IMG/VR virus record: IMGVR_UViG_3300049782_000072
Span: 1 to 62,642 of that record
Source of the DNA: a virus
Lineage: Duplodnaviria; Caudoviricetes
Strand: one strand, 5' to 3'
DNA length: 62,642 nt
Shown here: in pieces, positions 37,269-46,986 of the stretch
Position numbering within the stretch: the first letter of the stretch is position 1
Layout of the letters: the number at the start of each line of letters is the position of its first letter
Notes under the pieces: generated by a model
The model's database searches: none
What the model was told of the DNA's origin: nothing
The model's input: the letters and a program-made list of their open reading frames with translations, nothing else
Translations under genes and position numbers: made by a program

Positions 37269-38042
37269 TCAGTGCGAGCCCGGCAGCGGATTGCTGTCGT
37301 GCTCGGCGAGCGCCCGCCGGAACAGGCGCAGCTGGTCGCCCGGGTGGCCCTGCGCGTACTCGCGGTAGAGCCGGTCCCACTCGGCCGCATGCTCAGACAG
37401 TTCGAAGCGCTGGCCGCGGAACACCGGGATGATCGTGCAGTGGCAGTTGTCGTGGAACTTCACGACGCTGGCTTCGCCTGAGAATCGCTCGTCGGCTTCC
37501 CGGCCTGCCGTGCCAGCGGTCTTGTAAACGGCGCCCCGGGACGCCATCAGCTTGCAGAACGAGCAGGCGCCGAGAGCAGCCGCGCGGGCGTATGCGACCG
37601 CGTCGCGATCCTGGCGCACGGCCCGCCGCAGGGTTTCGCGGCCTTGGTCGAGGACCAACTTCTGTGCGGCGCCCTCCGCCTTCGACTGCGCTACGTCGAG
37701 CGGCCCGCCGTCCCACAGGTCCGCAGCAGCCCAGCGCAGCGACGCTTCCACCTGCTCGTCCGGTGGCGCCGGGGAAGGCTCCGCAGCGAAGCGGCTGCGG
37801 ATGCCGGCGGCCTCGCGTCGCTCCTCGTAGGCCGTAGCGGCCAGCGAGGACGAGGCCGCCCCGTACTGGTCCACCAGCGACCTCACCGCGGCGATCCAGT
37901 CCGGCACCGTCTCCCTCAGCCGCGCAGGATCGATCAGCCGGCGCAGGATGCGCATATCCCGCAGCAGCAAGGCGATCAGAGCGGCCTGGGCTCGCCGGTC
38001 CCGGGCGGCGGCACCGCTGTCGTCAGAGATCCTCGTCGCCAT
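37269..38042 (-). CDS. MuF-like minor head / capsid maturation protein
   Basis: ACSFCKLMASRG...FHDNCHC; follows the portal. Confidence 0.8.
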   Translation of the reverse strand: MATRISDDSGAAARDRRAQAALIALLLRDMRILRRLIDPARLRETVPDWIAAVRSLVDQYGAASSSLAATAYEERREAAGIRSRFAAEPSPAPPDEQVEASLRWAAADLWDGGPLDVAQSKAEGAAQKLVLDQGRETLRRAVRQDRDAVAYARAAALGACSFCKLMASRGAVYKTAGTAGREADERFSGEASVVKFHDNCHCTIIPVFRGQRFELSEHAAEWDRLYREYAQGHPGDQLRLFRRALAEHDSNPLPGSH

Positions 38043-39438
38043 CCGGCTCCTCGGTCTCCGGCGCCTCGGGCTCGCCGGCCGCCGCCTGCGTCAATCGCTG
38101 CAGCAGCGCGTTGCCCTGCGCTCGGCGCCGTTCGGCGGCCACCCGGCGCCGCTGGTCCTCGCTCAGCCCGGCCATCTCCAGCACGACGTCGCCGTCGGCC
38201 GGCAGGATGCCCGCCTGGACGAGCTTCACCGCGGCGTCGGCTTGGGCCGCGACCGTCGGCGTTGCGGGGTTGCGCCAGACGCATTCGATGCGGCGCGACT
38301 TGTCCGGCGGCTCCCCGTCGCGGAACCACAAGGCGAGCCTCATCGCGTCCCGGTGCGTCGCCGAGAAGCGACGGATGCGCCGCTCTGCCTTCTTGATCTG
38401 GCCGTTGTCCGCGAAGCGGATCGCGTCCGCGCTGGCCGGGTTGTCGCTGGTGTAGCCGAGCACGTGAGGGGCCACCGACAGCTGCGACGCCATGATGCGG
38501 GCGTACAGGTCGATGATTTTCGTCTGCCCGGAGGGGTCGTGGGCAGCGAACTGCCCGACCGTGGGCACTTCCCCGTTCTCGTCCCGCTCCAGCGCCAGCA
38601 CCCGGCCGATGTAGGTCTCCCACGCCGACTTGGCGTTGCCCTCCGCGTCCTGGAAGGCGCTCTCCGACACGCCCAGGATGTAGCGCTGCGGCGCCTGGAA
38701 GAACTCGGCACCCACCTCGATGCCCATCAGCCGGCGACAGGCCGCATCCGTGATCGACATGACCTCCGGCGTGATCTCCGACTTGCCGACGCGGTCCGCG
38801 GTGCGCTGCCGGTTCGCCATCCGCAGCACCGGCACCATGCCCAGGTTGTGGATGTCCCGGTCGAAGACCTCCCAGCCGCCATCGACCTCGGCCGCGTACA
38901 CCGTCTGATCCGGCAGGTACAGGGTCGCGATCCGCACCCCGTCCTCGACCGACTCCCGCAGCGCGGCCGTCGCCAGCCGCAGCCGGGCGTCCCAGAACAT
39001 CGTCATGTCGAGTGGCGACTCGAACGTGATCAGCGGTGGATCGTCGCCCTCCCCCGAGCCGACCGCCACGTACTCGCGGCCATAGGTCAGCGCATCCAGG
39101 TGCGCCAGACTCGCCTCGTCGTACAGGTCGTTCGACTCGGCGATCTCCTCCAGATCGGCTGAGTCCGTGCCGTCCGCCCAGCGGACCGCCTCCAGGTCGA
39201 GACGCTGCTCCAGCGACTCCACCCCGATGCGCGGCCAGCCGATCACCGTGTGAAGGCCCTTGAGCTGCGGCGGGATCGAGATGCCCAGATCCCGGATGAG
39301 CTGCTCGCCGTTGAAGTACGCATCGAGCAACTCCAGCTTGAACCTCTGCGACAGCAGGTCCGAACGCAGCGCCGTCAGCAGTTGCGCCTCGTCGCCCGAC
39401 AGCGACAGCAGCGGCAGTTCGGGGATGGTCGCAGTCAT
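38023..39438 (-). CDS. Portal protein (SPP1 gp6-like)
   Basis: WPRIGV, GKSEIT, PQRYILG, NPASADAI and WRNP motifs. Confidence 0.92.
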   Translation of the reverse strand: MTATIPELPLLSLSGDEAQLLTALRSDLLSQRFKLELLDAYFNGEQLIRDLGISIPPQLKGLHTVIGWPRIGVESLEQRLDLEAVRWADGTDSADLEEIAESNDLYDEASLAHLDALTYGREYVAVGSGEGDDPPLITFESPLDMTMFWDARLRLATAALRESVEDGVRIATLYLPDQTVYAAEVDGGWEVFDRDIHNLGMVPVLRMANRQRTADRVGKSEITPEVMSITDAACRRLMGIEVGAEFFQAPQRYILGVSESAFQDAEGNAKSAWETYIGRVLALERDENGEVPTVGQFAAHDPSGQTKIIDLYARIMASQLSVAPHVLGYTSDNPASADAIRFADNGQIKKAERRIRRFSATHRDAMRLALWFRDGEPPDKSRRIECVWRNPATPTVAAQADAAVKLVQAGILPADGDVVLEMAGLSEDQRRRVAAERRRAQGNALLQRLTQAAAGEPEAPETEEPDGDEDL

Positions 39439-41174
39439 CGAAGCACCACCACCCGTCCCTTACCGGGCGTGCCGCGCTTCGCCCACGCCGTCGAGTTCAA
39501 CATCATCCGGCGCAGCATCCGCGCCCCGATCGCACACACCGCCAGGTCGACCTTCCGGGCAGACTCACGGTGCTCCTTGCCGATCGTGTAACCCCACTGG
39601 TTCGTGCGACGCCGCGCGTTCGCCACGTGCTGCCGCAGCACCCTGTGCCCGTCATGGAACAGCTGCCGCTCCAGCACGTCCCGATAGAAGCGGTCCACGG
39701 CCTCGGTGAACGCCTGCTGGCGACGGCGGTCACGCATGTCCCACAGCACCGCATGCCGGTTCGCGCCGCCGGTCACCGCCTTCAACTTCAGCTTCCTGCC
39801 GTAGCGCTGCGCCCAGGCGTCGATGTAGCCGTCCCAGTAGCGCTCGCCATCAGCGTCGTCGTGGCCGGCGCCCGGGTCTGCGAAGAACGCGATCGGCCGG
39901 TAGTCCGCGAACACCTGGTCCACCATCCCGTCGACCTCCTCGCGCGGCACCCGCCACGGCACGTCCCCCGGCCAGTTCGCCGGCCGCTGCCACACACCGA
40001 GCGCCGTGACGAAGCCGTCCGACATACGGCAAGCCGCCAGGCCCGTCGCGTCGTCGCTCTTGGACCCGTCGAAGAACAGGACGATCTCGTCGCCCTGCTG
40101 CAGACCAGCACCCTCCCGGCGGCAGGCGTCCCACTCATACGGGGCGAGAAACGCATCCTCCGCCGCGACGATCTGGTTGAACCAGAACCGACGCGACCGG
40201 CTCGGCGGGTTCCGAACGTCCAGGATCGACGCCTTCAGCCGCTCGATGTCCAGCCACGTCGAATCCCCGCGGACCGCCCGCAGCGTCGGCTCGATCCACG
40301 CCTCCGTCAGCTTCGCCTCCGCCGGAGCCTCCAGCGAGTCGTAGAACAGCCCCGTGTCCGCCGCGCGCCCGGCCTCGGCCGCCTCGAAAGCCTCACGAGT
40401 CCGCTCGGCAACCGAATCCTCACCCGGCTCGTAGGCGTTCGTGTTCGCGAGAGTCCGCGACTGGCCATCCGCGCTCTTGGTCGCGTTGCGCTCGATGACG
40501 GCGGCCATCTCGTGGCCCTGGTTGCCCTCCACCCAGTGGTGGGTCTCGCCCAGGTTCACCGCCGTCGGCCGACCGCCCTCCAAGGCGCGTGGCGACGAGG
40601 TGACCGCCTCGATGCGGGCTCGCCCCTTGTCGGCGTAGATGATCTCCTTGCCGAGGTCGATGCGGTACTCCTCAATCGCCCGCTTCGACAGGATCGACGG
40701 GAACAGCGTCATCGTGTTCCGCGTCTGATCCTGGCTGACGGCTGCAATCTGCACCCAGGCCGCCGGATGCTGAACCCCCAGCGGCTGGCCAGCCGGGACA
40801 CCCCACTCGTTGCCCTCGTCCGCAACCCGGCCGAACCGGCACGGGCCGACAAACTCGAACGCCGACCACGTCGCGATCAGCGGGTCCTTGCCCCAGCCCT
40901 TCAACCGCTGGATGACGCCGTCCCGCCACAGGAACCGGTTCGTCGCCGGATCCATCGCGTACCACCACAGCGTCAGGCGAGCCTGCTCGGCGGTGTACCG
41001 CCACGGCGCACCCACGAAGTGCTGAAGGTACGTCGCCGTCCACGCCAGGCAGTGCCAGCCCAGCGTGTACTCGGGCAGGATGAACCGACCGTCCGGGCCA
41101 CGCTTCCACGTCGGCCCGATCGTGAACGGCTCCACGACCTCCGGGACGGCCTCGTCAGCCACCAGCGAGGTCAC
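39435..41174 (-). CDS. terL: Terminase large subunit
   Basis: QRLKGWGKDP, AAVSQDQT, ETHHW, FFDGS..DDAT and KVDLAV motifs. Confidence 0.93.
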   Translation of the reverse strand: MTSLVADEAVPEVVEPFTIGPTWKRGPDGRFILPEYTLGWHCLAWTATYLQHFVGAPWRYTAEQARLTLWWYAMDPATNRFLWRDGVIQRLKGWGKDPLIATWSAFEFVGPCRFGRVADEGNEWGVPAGQPLGVQHPAAWVQIAAVSQDQTRNTMTLFPSILSKRAIEEYRIDLGKEIIYADKGRARIEAVTSSPRALEGGRPTAVNLGETHHWVEGNQGHEMAAVIERNATKSADGQSRTLANTNAYEPGEDSVAERTREAFEAAEAGRAADTGLFYDSLEAPAEAKLTEAWIEPTLRAVRGDSTWLDIERLKASILDVRNPPSRSRRFWFNQIVAAEDAFLAPYEWDACRREGAGLQQGDEIVLFFDGSKSDDATGLAACRMSDGFVTALGVWQRPANWPGDVPWRVPREEVDGMVDQVFADYRPIAFFADPGAGHDDADGERYWDGYIDAWAQRYGRKLKLKAVTGGANRHAVLWDMRDRRRQQAFTEAVDRFYRDVLERQLFHDGHRVLRQHVANARRRTNQWGYTIGKEHRESARKVDLAVCAIGARMLRRMMLNSTAWAKRGTPGKGRVVVLR

Positions 41175-41595
41175 GGTAGGCGTCCAGCGGGCTCACCGAC
41201 GCCAACTGCGCGCCGGCAGGCTTCTTCCGCTCCAGCTCCATGCGCGCCCGACGCCGGTCGCCCTCCGTCGTCAGTAGGCTCGTCATCACGCTGTTCAGCG
41301 CCGCGACGTACTGGCCATTCGGCGGCCGATCCGAGGACAGGCCCCGCGACATGAGCTCCGCCGCGTAGCGGGCCATCGCCCAGTCCGACGGCTCATAGAA
41401 CGCGGCCTGGCCCGACTCGCGCAGGGACAGATACCAGTCGGTGGCGATCGGATGCCATAGCGCGTCAGGCTCCGGCAAATCCGGCAGGTCGGTCGGGGCC
41501 CCCGAAGGAGCCTTGGTGATTGAGTCCTTCTCTTCCTTCGAGCGGTGACCCATGCGCTCCTCAGAGCGCTTACCGATAGGTCCACGAGCGCCCAT
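41155..41595 (-). CDS. terS: Terminase small subunit
   Basis: RGP...W.SL..SGQ....EPSDW...TEGDRRR; overlaps terL. Confidence 0.85.
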   Translation of the reverse strand: MGARGPIGKRSEERMGHRSKEEKDSITKAPSGAPTDLPDLPEPDALWHPIATDWYLSLRESGQAAFYEPSDWAMARYAAELMSRGLSSDRPPNGQYVAALNSVMTSLLTTEGDRRRARMELERKKPAGAQLASVSPLDAYRDLAGG

Positions 41596-41675
41596 AGCGA
41601 CCTCCAGGGTCAAGGCGCGCCACCGGGGCGCGCAGGGGCGGGGATAACGAGCCCCGCCCGGGCGCCACCAGGGCG

Positions 41676-42320
41676 TCAGACCAGCGAGGCAATCACACCG
41701 GCCGCATCATGCAGCTCGGCAAGCTCAAGCGGCGTCCCGCTCACGCGGTCGCCGACGATGATGTAGCGGCGGTCCGAGTAGAACTCGACTGCCACCTCGC
41801 CGCGGCGGATCCGTCGACCAGACGGCACCGAACCGCGGAACCACAGGTGCAGGCCCGAACCAGACCGGCCCCGCTCCATGTACGTCGCCGGCAGGGCGTT
41901 CACGATCCGCTGCGCCCACGGCAGGATGCACCCGCCCTCGACCGCGTGGTCCAGGTCGACGACGACGATCCCGTCACCGGCCGTCAGCACGAAGCCCACA
42001 CCCTCACCGGCCGTGGCCCTGGCCGCAGTCGGGAAGTCCGACCAGCTCGACGGGTTGTCCACGGCGGCGAACCGGCCGTCCACCCGCAGCGGCACCTTCC
42101 GCGACGAGAACCGCACCCACCGCGGACGCTCCGTCAACTCCACCGGCACCCGCGCGGCCTGCTCGACCGTCACCCGCGCCTGCTCGACACGACGCCGCAT
42201 CCGGTACGCGGCCTGCCGGCACGGCGACGAGCAGAACCGCGCATCGGCCCGGGCCATCAGCGGCATCGGGCCGGCGCAGCGCTCGCACTCGGCGCGGCGG
42301 GCGGCGGGGGCGGTGGTCAT
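41676..42320 (-). CDS. Stand-alone primase-polymerase (AEP) domain with N-terminal Zn finger
   Basis: CERC...FCSSPCR; GVGFVL...VVVDLDH; SGSGLHLW; EFY. Confidence 0.78.
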   Translation of the reverse strand: MTTAPAARRAECERCAGPMPLMARADARFCSSPCRQAAYRMRRRVEQARVTVEQAARVPVELTERPRWVRFSSRKVPLRVDGRFAAVDNPSSWSDFPTAARATAGEGVGFVLTAGDGIVVVDLDHAVEGGCILPWAQRIVNALPATYMERGRSGSGLHLWFRGSVPSGRRIRRGEVAVEFYSDRRYIIVGDRVSGTPLELAELHDAAGVIASLV

Positions 42321-42525
42321 GGGGCCATCGTACCGGGTCCGCGTTACGGCTACAGGCGTTTGACCTGCGCCGTAACCATCCTGAGACCACGCCGAGCGCC
42401 CCAGGTGGACTAGACCTGACAGGCATACCCGCAGGTCAGCGGCCTTGGAAACCCGGGCGGGATGTCAGGTGCTATACGAGGCCGATCCCTGAAGATCGCG
42501 GGGAGGGGGATCTCCCCCAGGGTGA

Positions 42526-42723
42526 TCATGGACCTGATGGCCGGTCAGGGCTGCTGGCCGGCGCCTCGTGGGTCCACACGTGAGCGATGGCATCCGTGAG
42601 GTCGGGCTCAACGTTGACGATCAAGCTGTCGCCTCTGCGAGTCGGCGCCTTGTGGACCAGCTCGATCGGCAGTGCGACGTCGCACTCGGGACAGTGGACC
42701 TGGACCGCACCGACCACTGCCAT
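42526..42723 (-). CDS. Small CxxC protein
   Basis: GGAGG RBS; CPEC...H...H. Confidence 0.55.
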   Translation of the reverse strand: MAVVGAVQVHCPECDVALPIELVHKAPTRRGDSLIVNVEPDLTDAIAHVWTHEAPASSPDRPSGP

Positions 42724-42756
42724 GCTGCCTCCCCTGCGCCCGGGTGGCCGGCTGCC

Positions 42757-42984
42757 CTACCGCCTGCGCCTGCCGACGTTGGCCCTGCTCCCCGTGTACA
42801 CGCCTGTGGCCCTGCGGTGCAGGAGCTGGCAGTAGCCTTTGGCCCTGGCTCCCATGTACTTGTGCAGCTGGCGTGTGCACCTGGTCCAGTCGCCGGGCGT
42901 ACCCCATCGGATCTTGGCTACGCCTGGTCCTGTGCTCCAGTACCTGCGCAGTGTGGATGCGTTGCCTCGTCCCTTGCTGGCCAC
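42757..42984 (-). CDS. Small basic conserved actinophage protein
   Basis: LRRYW..G.G.AKIRWGTPGDW.RC...GYC. Confidence 0.7.
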   Translation of the reverse strand: MASKGRGNASTLRRYWSTGPGVAKIRWGTPGDWTRCTRQLHKYMGARAKGYCQLLHRRATGVYTGSRANVGRRRR

Positions 42985-42990
42985 AGTGGA

Positions 42991-43191
42991 TCACTCCTCT
43001 TGCGGCGCGGGCTGCTGTACGTCTACCCGTTGGATGGACGCTCCTTGCCCGCTGGGTATGGCGAGGCAGATGCCGTACTCGTCGGCGAGGATGGCCCAGC
43101 CCGCCTCGAAGCGGAGGGTGAGGGCGGGGTCTTCGATGAGGAGGTCGTCCCGCTTCTGATCGCGGGGGTGGGTGACAAGGTAGGCCGGCAT
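42991..43191 (-). CDS. Hypothetical protein
   Basis: RBS; protein-like composition. Confidence 0.55.
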   Translation of the reverse strand: MPAYLVTHPRDQKRDDLLIEDPALTLRFEAGWAILADEYGICLAIPSGQGASIQRVDVQQPAPQEE

Positions 43192-43193
43192 CC

Positions 43194-43487
43194 TCACCTC
43201 AGCCCGGGGTGTTGTTCGGGGGGTCGTGTCCGTCCGGGTCGAGGGTTGCCGCGCTGGGCCTCGTTCCCTTCGGCGCTGGACTTGCGGTCGTGGCATGGGC
43301 CACACACGCCCTGCAGATCCTCGTCGCCATGCCGGTCAGCCTTGGCCACGATGTGATCGCAGTGAGTGCTAGGCCGCACGCCGCAGAGAACGCAGATCGG
43401 ATCGCGGGCCAGGATGCGGGCTCGGATCTTCGCCCAGCCGGACGGCAGCCGGGCCTTGCGGTCCGAGCTCTGCCAGCCGCCACTCAC
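43194..43487 (-). CDS. HNH endonuclease (terminase-associated)
   Basis: CVLC...DHI...LQGVCGPCHDRKS. Confidence 0.88.
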   Translation of the reverse strand: MSGGWQSSDRKARLPSGWAKIRARILARDPICVLCGVRPSTHCDHIVAKADRHGDEDLQGVCGPCHDRKSSAEGNEAQRGNPRPGRTRPPEQHPGLR

Positions 43488-43657
43488 TGCTCGTTGTCGT
43501 CCTGGCGCACGATGCTGCGGACGTTGACGACGGGGATGTAGGCGCTGGCGGATCCGTCCGCCGCCCAGCCTACGTAGTGGCTGCCGGAGGGTTCGAGGGT
43601 GTGCGCTTCGACGGTTTCGGTCTCGCCGTCGGTGTAGGAGATGCGGTAGCTGGCCAT
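43484..43657 (-). CDS. Hypothetical protein
   Basis: Coupled to the HNH gene. Confidence 0.55.
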   Translation of the reverse strand: MASYRISYTDGETETVEAHTLEPSGSHYVGWAADGSASAYIPVVNVRSIVRQDDNEQ

Positions 43658-43683
43658 GGCGCAGGCCTTTCGTGTTGTAGGGA

Positions 43684-44226
43684 TCACGCGCGGCGACTCC
43701 ACCACCAGCAGCCGAGTGTCTCGCCTCGCATCGACTGGGCCCGCCCGCCGAGTTCAACGAGGACGGAGTCCATGTCGTCGGCGTCCCAGTGGTGCACGTG
43801 CTCTTCGTGCGGGTTGCCGTCGACTTCGCCCTGTGGCGCTTCGACGATCGGCAGGCTGATGAGGATGTTCCACGCGCCGGCCGCTTCGGCCTTGCGCAGG
43901 AGGTCGACGGCGTCTTCGCGGGCCATGTGTTCCAGGACGTCGCCGAAGATGACGAGGTCACGGTGGAACAGGTGCTCGGGTGCGACGCGGGCGTCGAGGT
44001 TGTGGATCTCGTCGTACATGGTCCGCGTCTTGGTGGACTTCAGTCCGTAGCGCCGGATGTACGGCTTGTGGATCTCGATGGCCGTCCACCAGATGCCCTG
44101 GTGTGCTGGCCGGAAGAGCTTGGCGTAGGTGCCTTCACCGGGGCCGATGTCGCAGACGGTGTCGGGCTTGTGCTGCTCGAAGAGGCGGAGGGACCAGTCC
44201 TTGCCCTCGGCGATGCTGGTGGGCAT
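43684..44226 (-). CDS. Class I SAM-dependent methyltransferase (not DNA-type)
   Basis: DIGPGEG motif I, IEIH, GDVLEH; no DPPY or PC motif. Confidence 0.85.
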   Translation of the reverse strand: MPTSIAEGKDWSLRLFEQHKPDTVCDIGPGEGTYAKLFRPAHQGIWWTAIEIHKPYIRRYGLKSTKTRTMYDEIHNLDARVAPEHLFHRDLVIFGDVLEHMAREDAVDLLRKAEAAGAWNILISLPIVEAPQGEVDGNPHEEHVHHWDADDMDSVLVELGGRAQSMRGETLGCWWWSRRA

Positions 44227-44235
44227 GGCGGTCTC

Positions 44236-44490
44236 CTACGTCGGGACGATGGTGATCTGCGGCTGGGTGACGACGAGCTTGCGCCCGTACTTGGCGAGGA
44301 CCTGCTCGATCTCGGTGCGGCAGGCTTCGTCCTGCTGCCGCTCGTGCTCGGCGAGGAGGAGGCGCGCGTCGGCGAGCGGGTCGGTCTCGACCTGCTGGTC
44401 CTCGGCGTGCGGATAGCCGGGGCACGGAACGACGTTGCCTTCGCCGTCGGTGTGCAGAACGGCGCAGGTTGTGGTGGTGTGATCGGCCAT
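44236..44490 (-). CDS. Hypothetical protein
   Basis: ORF with RBS in the late operon. Confidence 0.55.
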   Translation of the reverse strand: MADHTTTTCAVLHTDGEGNVVPCPGYPHAEDQQVETDPLADARLLLAEHERQQDEACRTEIEQVLAKYGRKLVVTQPQITIVPT

Positions 44491-44526
44491 GGGCGCGGGC
44501 CTTTCGGGATGCGGGTTGGGTGCCGG

Positions 44527-45864
44527 TCAGGGTCCGATGGCGACCCAGGGGCCGGCGAAGCCTGCGGCAACGTTGCTGCCGGGCGTGATGGACGCGGGGA
44601 GTGTGGTCTGGGCGGTGCCGTTGGTGGCGAACCGGTAGGTGCCGGAGGTGAGTCCGGCGTTGACGGCGGTGGCGAGGCCCCCGCTGCCGGTGGCCCGGGC
44701 GATGGTGGGCGCGGTGGTCGCGTTGAACACCATCGCCACCCACACGAACGATCCGGCGGTGAGGTTGACGCCGGTGATCGTGGTGGTCTTCAGCCCGGTG
44801 CTGGCGACGGAGGCGTCGACGCCCGTGGTGGCGAGCCGTGTGCCGGCCGCGCTGTAGAGGCCGACCCAGTTCTGCCCGGCGGTGGCGGTGGCCCCGGCGG
44901 TGGTCACCCACCAGTAGATCTTGGTGATGGTGACGTCGTCCGGGATGTGGATCTTCGACAGGTAGACGGTGCCGTTCGTCAGCAGCGAGCCCGTCGTCGC
45001 GATGACCGGGTCGTAGGTCCAGCCGGTCATCCCGTGATTGACGGGCAGCTGCTCCCCGAACGCGCCGGTCGCCGTGTAGATGCTGCCGGCGGCCGGGACG
45101 GTGACGAGGTTGGCCCCGCCGTTGCGCAGGGTCAGCAGCCGGCCCGTGGTGCCGCCGTCGGTCGACGTGACGAAGATCCCCTGGGCCGCAGTGCCGGCCG
45201 CCGACCCCCGCTTGAGGTCGATGGACAGGGCGGAGGAACTGGTGTCGTCCGTGGCGCCAGAACCGCCGTTGGTGTGCGTCACTTTCAGCGTGCCGCGGGG
45301 CAGCGTCTCGTGCCCCGAGATGTAGACCGCGGACGTCTCCCGGTTGTCGGAGATCAGGTTGAGCGCGGCGGCCACGTCGACGCCGGTGGTGGACGCCTGG
45401 TAGATGGTGACCGCGTGCTGCGTCGGGCTCGTGGTCTTCAGGAACGCGGCCCGGACCGTGTCGTCGGCGGTGATGCCGCCGTTGACGTCCAGACCGCCGT
45501 TCGCGGTGAGCGCCCCGGTGATCGTCCCGCCGGACTTGGTCAGGAACTGGCCGCTGGCCCAGGCGCGGTCGCCGTGCGGGTCCGCTGCGGCGACGTGCGC
45601 GTTGACCTTCGCGGTGGCGTCCGCGGCGGCGGCATCGATGGCGGCGGCTTGCGCTCCGGCCGCGGCTTCGAGGGCCGTCGTCAGCACGGCCGCCGCGGAG
45701 CCTGCCGGATCGGCGCCGACCGTCTCGGCGGTGAGCGTGACCCCGCCCGTCTGGCCGTTGACGCTGGACACGAGGCCGGCTGAGACCTCGACGATGCGGG
45801 CCTGCTGGCCGGTGGTGACCTCGATGGCGTCGCTGAACGCCTCGCCGGTGACTTCGATCCTCAC
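44527..45864 (-). CDS. Fibre-like virion protein
   Basis: VSSVNGQTG, H....DPHGD and GGTITG fibre motifs; Thr/Gly/Ala-rich. Confidence 0.75.
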   Translation of the reverse strand: MRIEVTGEAFSDAIEVTTGQQARIVEVSAGLVSSVNGQTGGVTLTAETVGADPAGSAAAVLTTALEAAAGAQAAAIDAAAADATAKVNAHVAAADPHGDRAWASGQFLTKSGGTITGALTANGGLDVNGGITADDTVRAAFLKTTSPTQHAVTIYQASTTGVDVAAALNLISDNRETSAVYISGHETLPRGTLKVTHTNGGSGATDDTSSSALSIDLKRGSAAGTAAQGIFVTSTDGGTTGRLLTLRNGGANLVTVPAAGSIYTATGAFGEQLPVNHGMTGWTYDPVIATTGSLLTNGTVYLSKIHIPDDVTITKIYWWVTTAGATATAGQNWVGLYSAAGTRLATTGVDASVASTGLKTTTITGVNLTAGSFVWVAMVFNATTAPTIARATGSGGLATAVNAGLTSGTYRFATNGTAQTTLPASITPGSNVAAGFAGPWVAIGP

Positions 45865-46976
45865 CGGGTCACCTCCAGCGACATGACGACCCGGCCCTGC
45901 AGGAGCCGCACGACGGTGGAGCCGTCGACCATCTCCAGGTCCCACAGGCCGTTGCGGGTGAGGGTTTCGGTGACGGCGGCGGGGAGGGCGAGCCGCACCG
46001 TGTCCCCGATGATCGCCAGGTAGTCGGTGAGGTCGAGGAGGAGTTCGCCGTTATCGGAGGCGGCCGCGGAGCGGATCTGGGCTCGGGCGGTCCAGCCGTC
46101 CCACGTGAAGCCGGGCTCGCCGATCACGCGGAGGTTCTGGACGTAGGTGGCGCCCTGCTCAATGTGGAGGTCGAAGATGCCTGCGGCCAAGCCAGCCACC
46201 TCCGGGATCTCGCTGGATGCCGCGTCGGCGGTCAGGGTCGCCTGCGCGGACAGGGCGGCTGCGGTGTGCGCTGAGAGGGCCAGCGCGCCGGTGAGGCTGC
46301 TGTCGGTGCTGAGGGCGGCCGATCCGCGGGCTGCCAGAGTCGCCGTGCCCGTGAGCCCGGTCTGCCCGGACAGGGCGGCGGACGCGGTCCACACGGCCCC
46401 GTTCGAGAGGGTGTTGACCAGGTCGAACTCGGCGTAGTCGGCCGTACCGGCGTCGCGGTGGGCGGACATGTCGAGCGCGCACGCTTCGGCGTCGGTCACG
46501 ATCCACGCGGGGGTGGCGAGGGTGCGGCGGTTCGTCCACGTCGACCCGTCCGGTGACGTGTCCCAGTAGAGGTTGGTGCCGTCCTCGCGGATCCGCAGGA
46601 ACAGGTGGGCGACAGGGTCGTAGGTGATCTCGACGGCGTCGTCGTCCCAGTAGTCCGTCTCCGACACGCACCGCAGGAGCTGGGTGACCGCGTTCATCGA
46701 GAAGCCGACCCGGGTGCCTTCGGTGGCCCCTTGGACGGTGACCGCGAAGTATGCCTCGACGGTGGCCCCGGTCGCCGCGGGGGCGGTGGGCACCTGCACG
46801 AACAGGGTGGCCCCGGCCAACGTCCAGGCGTAGGCGGTCTGGCAGCCGGCGTATCCGGTGGTGCAGGGCACCCGGGCTCGGCCGCCGACGACCGCCGTTC
46901 CGCCGTAGCTGTTGCCCCATTCGGGGCCGAGCGTGCCGGCGTTGAAGTTGTCGACGAGGGTGGACAGGGACGGCAC
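45861..46976 (-). CDS. Virion accessory protein (lectin-like N-terminus, Ig-like C-terminus)
   Basis: C-terminal IEQGAT...ARAQIR...WDLE...RLLQG...EVTR. Confidence 0.65.
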   Translation of the reverse strand: MPSLSTLVDNFNAGTLGPEWGNSYGGTAVVGGRARVPCTTGYAGCQTAYAWTLAGATLFVQVPTAPAATGATVEAYFAVTVQGATEGTRVGFSMNAVTQLLRCVSETDYWDDDAVEITYDPVAHLFLRIREDGTNLYWDTSPDGSTWTNRRTLATPAWIVTDAEACALDMSAHRDAGTADYAEFDLVNTLSNGAVWTASAALSGQTGLTGTATLAARGSAALSTDSSLTGALALSAHTAAALSAQATLTADAASSEIPEVAGLAAGIFDLHIEQGATYVQNLRVIGEPGFTWDGWTARAQIRSAAASDNGELLLDLTDYLAIIGDTVRLALPAAVTETLTRNGLWDLEMVDGSTVVRLLQGRVVMSLEVTR

Positions 46977-46986
46977 CGGCGCCTCC

